Shown here one piece after another: positions 58,986 through 64,000 of a stretch of DNA of 64,000 bases. The DNA lies in the NCBI GenBank assembly GCA_043825875.1, contig JBDRRF010000049.1, positions 27,904 to 91,903 on the forward strand, given 5' to 3'. Positions within the stretch are counted from its first letter, which is position 1; every line of letters begins with the position of its first letter. The notes under the pieces are model-generated. The model was not told the origin of the DNA, made no database searches, and saw nothing but the letters and a program-made list of their open reading frames with translations. The position numbers and the translations under genes were made by a program. Source of the DNA: Pseudomonadota bacterium (GTDB lineage: Bacteria; Desulfobacterota; Desulfobacteria; Desulfobacterales; RPRI01).

Positions 58986-59983
58986 TGCGTCCCATTTTTC
59001 ATCCAAGGACAGTAAACGGTCCTTTCGGTGATCCCGGATTATTTATTTCTTTTCTCTTTGATAAACGGGCTGTGTTATTTGATCTTGGAGATGTTTATTC
59101 TCTTTCATCGAAAGATATACTTAAAATCAGTCATGTTTTTGTATCACATACCCACATGGACCACTTTTCAGGTTTTGACAGGCTGCTGCGTCTTTCTCTG
59201 GGAAGAAACAAAGATATTCATCTTTATGGACCGGAAGGTTTTTTAAATAATATCGAAGGCAAACTCGCAGGGTATTCATGGAATCTTGTTCAAAATTACA
59301 CTAATTCCTTAATTCTGCATGCAACAGAAATCAAGCCGGACCAACAACTAACAAAAACATACCGCTGTATTAACAAATTTCATCCCGATCCCAAAGTAAT
59401 AATAACCGGGTTTAATAAAATCCTTTTTGAAGAACCGGTTTTTAGCATCTCTGCTTTAATCTTAGACCATGCAATACCATGCCTTGGCTTTTCAATAAAA
59501 GAGCGCTTTCATATAAACATAATTAAAGAAAATGTTGAAGCTTTAGGACTTGAAATCGGCCCCTGGCTTAAAAATTTAAAAGATGCTCTATTTAAGCAAC
59601 AAGATCCTGATTCGGAAATTGAGGTTTGTACAAATGAAAACAAAAAGAAATTTATACTTGGTGAGCTTTCCAAAAAGATAGTATTAATTACCGAGGGCCA
59701 GAAAATAACCTATATTGGAGATGTAGCATTTAACAAATACAACATAGATAAAATAATTGAATTTGCAAAAGATTCTGACCATCTTTATATAGAGGCGAGT
59801 TTTATGCACAAGGATTGTGCACTTGCGGAAAAGAAATTCCATCTCACTGCAAGACAGGCCGGCTATCTGGCAGCTATGGCAAAAACCAAACAATTTACCA
59901 TTTTTCATTTTTCTCCCCGAAATTTCGGGTATGAAAAAGATTTATATAATGAGGCAAAAGAGGAATATGAAAAATATATATAA
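58985..59983 (+). CDS. Ribonuclease Z-like metallo-beta-lactamase
   Basis: NGPFGDPGL, SHTHMDHF.GFD, HLTARQAG and FHFSPR. Confidence 0.85.
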   Translation: MRPIFHPRTVNGPFGDPGLFISFLFDKRAVLFDLGDVYSLSSKDILKISHVFVSHTHMDHFSGFDRLLRLSLGRNKDIHLYGPEGFLNNIEGKLAGYSWNLVQNYTNSLILHATEIKPDQQLTKTYRCINKFHPDPKVIITGFNKILFEEPVFSISALILDHAIPCLGFSIKERFHINIIKENVEALGLEIGPWLKNLKDALFKQQDPDSEIEVCTNENKKKFILGELSKKIVLITEGQKITYIGDVAFNKYNIDKIIEFAKDSDHLYIEASFMHKDCALAEKKFHLTARQAGYLAAMAKTKQFTIFHFSPRNFGYEKDLYNEAKEEYEKYI

Positions 59984-60069
59984 AGTAAGTTAAGTGCAGG
60001 TTCAAGGTTAAGGGCAAGAAGAAATTATAAGTGAATAGAGCCAATTTCAATATGTTGGTAAATAAAATT

Positions 60070-60114
60070 ACAGCGAATAGCAGTAAGTAAATCATGACAT
60101 ATGCTATTCGCTGT
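60070..60114. terminator. Hairpin between convergent RNase Z-like gene and rpsI (probable bidirectional terminator)
   Basis: Perfect 13 bp stem ACAGCGAATAGCA / TGCTATTCGCTGT, with A-rich left and T-rich right flanks. Confidence 0.6.
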
Positions 60115-60197
60115 TTATTTTTTGAATTGGATTAAGATTTATATAGCTTAAGATGGCATCTTAAGCAAAGGCATATAAATAATACAAGCCTGATATT

Positions 60198-60593
60198 CTA
60201 ACGTTTCGAGAACTGAAATCTTGCTCTTGCGCCTTTTTGACCATATTTCTTTCTTTCTTTTATTCTTGGATCTCTTTTTACAAAACCTGCTTTTTTCAAA
60301 ACCGGCCTTAAATCAGGGTTTGATTGGATAAGAGCTCTTGTTATGCCCAGTCTGACTGCGCCTGATTGTCCGGTAATCCCACCACCCAAAACGCTGACTT
60401 TAACATCAAATGTTCCAAGCGTATTGGTAATTACAAAAGGCCTGATTAAATTAATTCTTGCTGATTCAATCTTAAAATAATCTTCGATAGGTTTATTGTT
60501 AATTATAACCTGTCCCGTTCCCGGTTTTAACCAAGTTTTAGCGATAGCGCTTTTTCGTCTTCCGGTGGCATAAAATATGTTTTGTTTCTCCAT
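60198..60593 (-). CDS. rpsI: 30S ribosomal protein S9
   Basis: YATGRRK, GGG..GQ.GA and [19 protein letters not shown]. Confidence 0.98.
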   Translation of the reverse strand: MEKQNIFYATGRRKSAIAKTWLKPGTGQVIINNKPIEDYFKIESARINLIRPFVITNTLGTFDVKVSVLGGGITGQSGAVRLGITRALIQSNPDLRPVLKKAGFVKRDPRIKERKKYGQKGARARFQFSKR

Positions 60594-60619
60594 TTATTTC
60601 CCCAATAAAAAAAGTATTA

Positions 60620-61054
60620 TCAAAGTGTAATTATCTCAGGCGTCTGGGCTTCATGAGGGTGCTTATCTCCGGCATAAACTTTGAGTTTTTTATAAAGCTT
60701 AGCTCCCAGCTTGTTTTTGGGCAACATACCTTTTACTGCAAACCGGATAATATCTTCAGGCTTTTTTTCAAGAAGTTTTTTTGCATTAATTTCTTTAAGA
60801 CCACCTACATATCCGCTATGTCTATAATAGCGTTTCTGTTCCAGTTTTCTTCCGGTAAGAGCAATTTTATCCGCATTAATTACAATAACGCTTTCGCCCA
60901 TATCTACATGAGGGGTAAACAAGGGATTGTTTTTACCTCTTAGACGTGAAGCTACATTCGTTGCAAGCCTTCCAAGTATAGCCCCGTTTGCATCAATGAT
61001 TACCCATTTATCTTGATTATCTGTATCTTTTGCACTGTATGTATATTTTTTCAC
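60620..61054 (-). CDS. rplM: 50S ribosomal protein L13
   Basis: DA.G.ILGRLA, FTPHVD.G, YYRHSGY.GG and HPHEAQ.P. Confidence 0.98.
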   Translation of the reverse strand: MKKYTYSAKDTDNQDKWVIIDANGAILGRLATNVASRLRGKNNPLFTPHVDMGESVIVINADKIALTGRKLEQKRYYRHSGYVGGLKEINAKKLLEKKPEDIIRFAVKGMLPKNKLGAKLYKKLKVYAGDKHPHEAQTPEIITL

Positions 61055-61349
61055 AACAAAAACTCCTGTATTTTTAGAATCTGATACTTTTAAATAAATT
61101 AACTGAATGTGTCAAGAAAAAAGTATTTATTTTGAATAATTAAATTGTATCAAACCGATTTTTCTTTGTCAAAAAATGAATGCCATATATCAACATTTAA
61201 TATAATAGTCGTACAGTAACATCAAGGTCTTGACGAAAGATCTCCGTATGTGGTTTACTCCAATTTCACTTTGCAACGGCAAGGTAAAATTTTAAACAGA
61301 TTAATAACATGAATTGTTTTTGGCAATAAAAATATGATCGTAGCGAAAG

Positions 61350-62132
61350 ATGAAATATATAGAATTAGATAATATTGATAGCCTGTCAGAAGGCATGCTC
61401 AAAAAAGATGAGGTTTTTTCTTTTCAATGCCATAGCGAACTTGCATGTTTTAATAAATGCTGCCGTAATATCAATCTGTTTTTATATCCATATGATGTTT
61501 TAAGGCTTAAAAATAAGCTTGGAATTTCTTCGGATGAATTTCTTGAAAAATATATCGACATAGTTATGCGTCCTTCAGGGTTTTTCCCTGATGTGCTTTT
61601 ACGAATGTCTGAATCTTATGAGAAAACATGCCCTTTTTTAACTGAAAAAGGTTGTTCCGTTTATATTGACAGACCCGATACCTGCCGGACTTTTCCAGTT
61701 GAGCAGGGTATCTTTTATGATGCGAAGAGAAAAGAAAATATGCCAATCTATTTTTTTAAACCGCCCGATTTTTGTCTGGGACAACATGAAAACAAAAAGT
61801 GGACAGCATCTTCATGGGCAAAAGATCAGGATGCATCTATACATAATCAAATGACCGCCCAGTGGGGTGAGCTTGTAAGCCTTTTTAAAAACAACCCTTG
61901 GGGAAGCGAAGGTACTGAAGGAACAAAAGCAAAAATGGCTTTTATGGCTACTTATAATATTGACAGGTTCAAAGATTTTGTATTCAAAAGCAGCTTTTTA
62001 AAGCGCTACAAAATCAAATACGATCTTTTATCAAAAATAAAAACCAATGATACGGCATTATTAAAATTAGGCTTTACCTGGATTAAATATTTTTTATGGG
62101 GGATAAAAAACAAAAATATCCAGCAAAGATAA
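61350..62132 (+). CDS. YkgJ-family (CxxCxxCC) cysteine-cluster protein
   Basis: FQC....CFNKCC and CPFL...GCSVY.DRP.TCR.FP. Confidence 0.88.
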   Translation: MKYIELDNIDSLSEGMLKKDEVFSFQCHSELACFNKCCRNINLFLYPYDVLRLKNKLGISSDEFLEKYIDIVMRPSGFFPDVLLRMSESYEKTCPFLTEKGCSVYIDRPDTCRTFPVEQGIFYDAKRKENMPIYFFKPPDFCLGQHENKKWTASSWAKDQDASIHNQMTAQWGELVSLFKNNPWGSEGTEGTKAKMAFMATYNIDRFKDFVFKSSFLKRYKIKYDLLSKIKTNDTALLKLGFTWIKYFLWGIKNKNIQQR

Positions 62133-62135
62133 ATT

Positions 62136-62468
62136 TTAAAATATCATTCTTGACCCCGGCCTTCTTTCAGGAACATATTCATGTTCATCGGTATCTTCGT
62201 TCCATTCTTTTGAGACATATAGACCGCAATAGCAACTCCCGTATTGTTTCACATCCTTAACCCTATATACGCAAGGACATATTATATCTTCATCATTTTT
62301 TCTGTCTCCGGATGCGAGCCTGCACGGACATGCCATATACCCATATCTCTCCTTATTAAAAGAAAGGGACTTAAGCAGATCCAATACCACTTCTTTATCT
62401 TTATTAAAATAATACCCCTTGGGTTCCTGAACTTTTTTTAACATTTCATATAGTATTTCAGGTTCCAT
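62136..62468 (-). CDS. Ferredoxin-thioredoxin reductase catalytic subunit
   Basis: CPCR, CPC and CYCGLY motifs. Confidence 0.92.
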   Translation of the reverse strand: MEPEILYEMLKKVQEPKGYYFNKDKEVVLDLLKSLSFNKERYGYMACPCRLASGDRKNDEDIICPCVYRVKDVKQYGSCYCGLYVSKEWNEDTDEHEYVPERRPGSRMIF

Positions 62469-62717
62469 TTATATTCCTAACGCCTCCTTGATTTCTTCTT
62501 TTTTAAAACCGGCAACTACTTTATCACCTATCATTATTGTAGGAAAAGAACAATCGGGATTAATTTTTTTTATCTCTTCAAGGGTTTCATTTCTTTCTTT
62601 TTTCTTTAAAAGATCTACATCAATAAAATCATATTTTATTGTGCATTCATCAAAATATTTTTTGGCGTCTTTACAATGTCTGCAAGTACTAAGCGAATAC
62701 ATTTTTACCGGAGGCAT
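62469..62717 (-). CDS. Glutaredoxin/NrdH-like redoxin
   Basis: LSTCRHCK and SFPTI; abuts the FTR gene. Confidence 0.9.
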   Translation of the reverse strand: MPPVKMYSLSTCRHCKDAKKYFDECTIKYDFIDVDLLKKKERNETLEEIKKINPDCSFPTIMIGDKVVAGFKKEEIKEALGI

Positions 62718-62851
62718 GTTATTTTCCTTTCATATTAGTTTATTATCTATAATTATACCTGTAAAAATAATATTATTAAACATTTAAAAACTAAGACTCC
62801 TTTCTAAAAAGTCAACAAACATACTTTTTCTGTGCCAAAATGAATTCTTTA

Positions 62852-62994
62852 GAGCCACTTTCAAAACGTTTCAGTTTGGTCAAACTCAAGAAGGGAGAAA
62901 ATTTCAACCACAGGAATACATTGAGTATTTCGAGGATTGAAATTTGAGCCCAACGCTTAAGATCGGCCAAAATGGGGCTTTTTGAAAGTGGCTC
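62852..62994 (+). mobile_element. MITE copy 7 (143 bp)
   Basis: Same family; TSD TTTA. It shares the CAACGCTTAAGATC variant with copy 1. Confidence 0.92.
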
Positions 62995-63027
62995 TTTATA
63001 CTGTCGTTTGAAGTATATAACACCATT

Positions 63028-63834
63028 TTAACTGACATGGCTCTCAGATACAACCAGCACAGGGCAGGTTGAAGATAAAACTACTTTTTCAATGGTATCT
63101 TTGAAAATTAAATTCCTTATGCTTTTTTTGAATAAAGAGCTCATGATAATTAAATCAGTATTATTTTCAAAAGCAGCATCTAAGATTACTTTCGGGCTAT
63201 TTCCATTTTTTATAATTGTTTTACATACAATTTTGGAATAAAGTTTATTTATTCCATTAATAACTTCTTTTTTATTTATATTATGATCCAGAACAAGTAA
63301 TTCACCACCATATGCTTTTGTAATTTCAATTGCTTTTTTTACTGCAATTCCATCATGTTGGGATTTATCTATTGAAACAAGGATTTTGTCCCAACCGATT
63401 GAAGTGTTTTGCGGTATTACAAGAATATCCTTTGAACCATAACGGATTATTTTTTCCGCAACCCCTTTAATTAGCGTCCTGTATAAGGTATTTTTCTTTT
63501 CAACCCCGGCAACTATAAGATCAAAACCCTCTTTTTCAGCATATTCCATTATTTTCTTAAAAGGTTCACCTTCCAAGCACAAAGCCTGAATGGAGGCATC
63601 AATTTGTTCTACCGTTTCTCTTATCTTTGCAAGAACATTTTCACAGGGCTCAGTTAATATCGTTTCCAGATTTTTAACACCCGTTAAACTCAAATCACCT
63701 TCATATGAAGGGGCAACAAATATTGCGCAAACACTTCCCCTTACCCAGTAAGAAAGTTTTATAGATTCAGATAGTGCATGAAGACTTGCATCGGAACCGT
63801 CAACTGCTACTAGTATTTTGTCATATAAACCCAT
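63028..63834 (-). CDS. Universal stress protein (tandem USP domains)
   Basis: KILVAVDGSD.S..AL, DLIVAG and a second domain ending CPVLVV. Confidence 0.9.
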   Translation of the reverse strand: MGLYDKILVAVDGSDASLHALSESIKLSYWVRGSVCAIFVAPSYEGDLSLTGVKNLETILTEPCENVLAKIRETVEQIDASIQALCLEGEPFKKIMEYAEKEGFDLIVAGVEKKNTLYRTLIKGVAEKIIRYGSKDILVIPQNTSIGWDKILVSIDKSQHDGIAVKKAIEITKAYGGELLVLDHNINKKEVINGINKLYSKIVCKTIIKNGNSPKVILDAAFENNTDLIIMSSLFKKSIRNLIFKDTIEKVVLSSTCPVLVVSESHVS

Positions 63835-63871
63835 AATCTACGCTAAATATACTTTATAAATACAGCCTGAT

Positions 63872-64000
63872 CTAATCGGTATATACGGTAAATGGCAAAA
63901 CTTTCATTTTGATACCTTTGACACCATTTACTCTTTCTGCTTTTGATATCAACTCGGGAGAAATATTTGATCTCTGATATTCGTGAACTCTGGCTACCAC
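63872..64000 (-). CDS. 3' end of a gene continuing beyond the window (BON-like C-terminus)
   Basis: Open frame VVARVHEYQRSNISPELISKAERVNGVKGIKMKVLPFTVYTD*. Confidence 0.45.
   Translation of the reverse strand: MVARVHEYQRSNISPELISKAERVNGVKGIKMKVLPFTVYTD

Noticed and set aside
9983..62994. Dispersed 142 bp repeats as a CRISPR array or integron attC sites
   Set aside because: They are kilobases apart, in both orientations, with TIRs and TSDs. There are no spacers, cas genes, integron integrase or GTTRRRY core sites.

Overview
AT-rich chromosomal segment, most consistent with a Desulfobacterales-type sulfate reducer (inferred from gene content). Housekeeping blocks include efp, guaA, ydbH-ynbE-ydbL, carAB-purF, a glutaryl-CoA dehydrogenase/glutaconyl-CoA decarboxylase alpha cluster, purN, trxAB-bamD, rpmB, relA/spoT-proS-ispG, miaB, recJ and rplM-rpsI. 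They flank an accessory region at about 24.8-41.6 kb. The best candidate for an undescribed system is a two-gene minus-strand operon (32586-37430). It encodes a signal-peptide-bearing TPR-CHAT caspase-like protease and a membrane-anchored protein with a bacterial-gasdermin-like domain plus a C-terminal DUF4384-like domain; both proteins share an RIGYxTG motif. The operon sits among intact and decaying toxin-antitoxin modules separated by three diverged copies of one gene's 3' end, which suggests an integration hotspot. Seven copies of a 142-143 bp MITE are scattered in intergenic regions (17 bp TIRs, 4 bp TSDs in six copies, an internal hairpin with compensatory changes). No tRNA, rRNA, CRISPR array or transposase was seen. 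All family calls come from reading motifs by eye; no searches were run.
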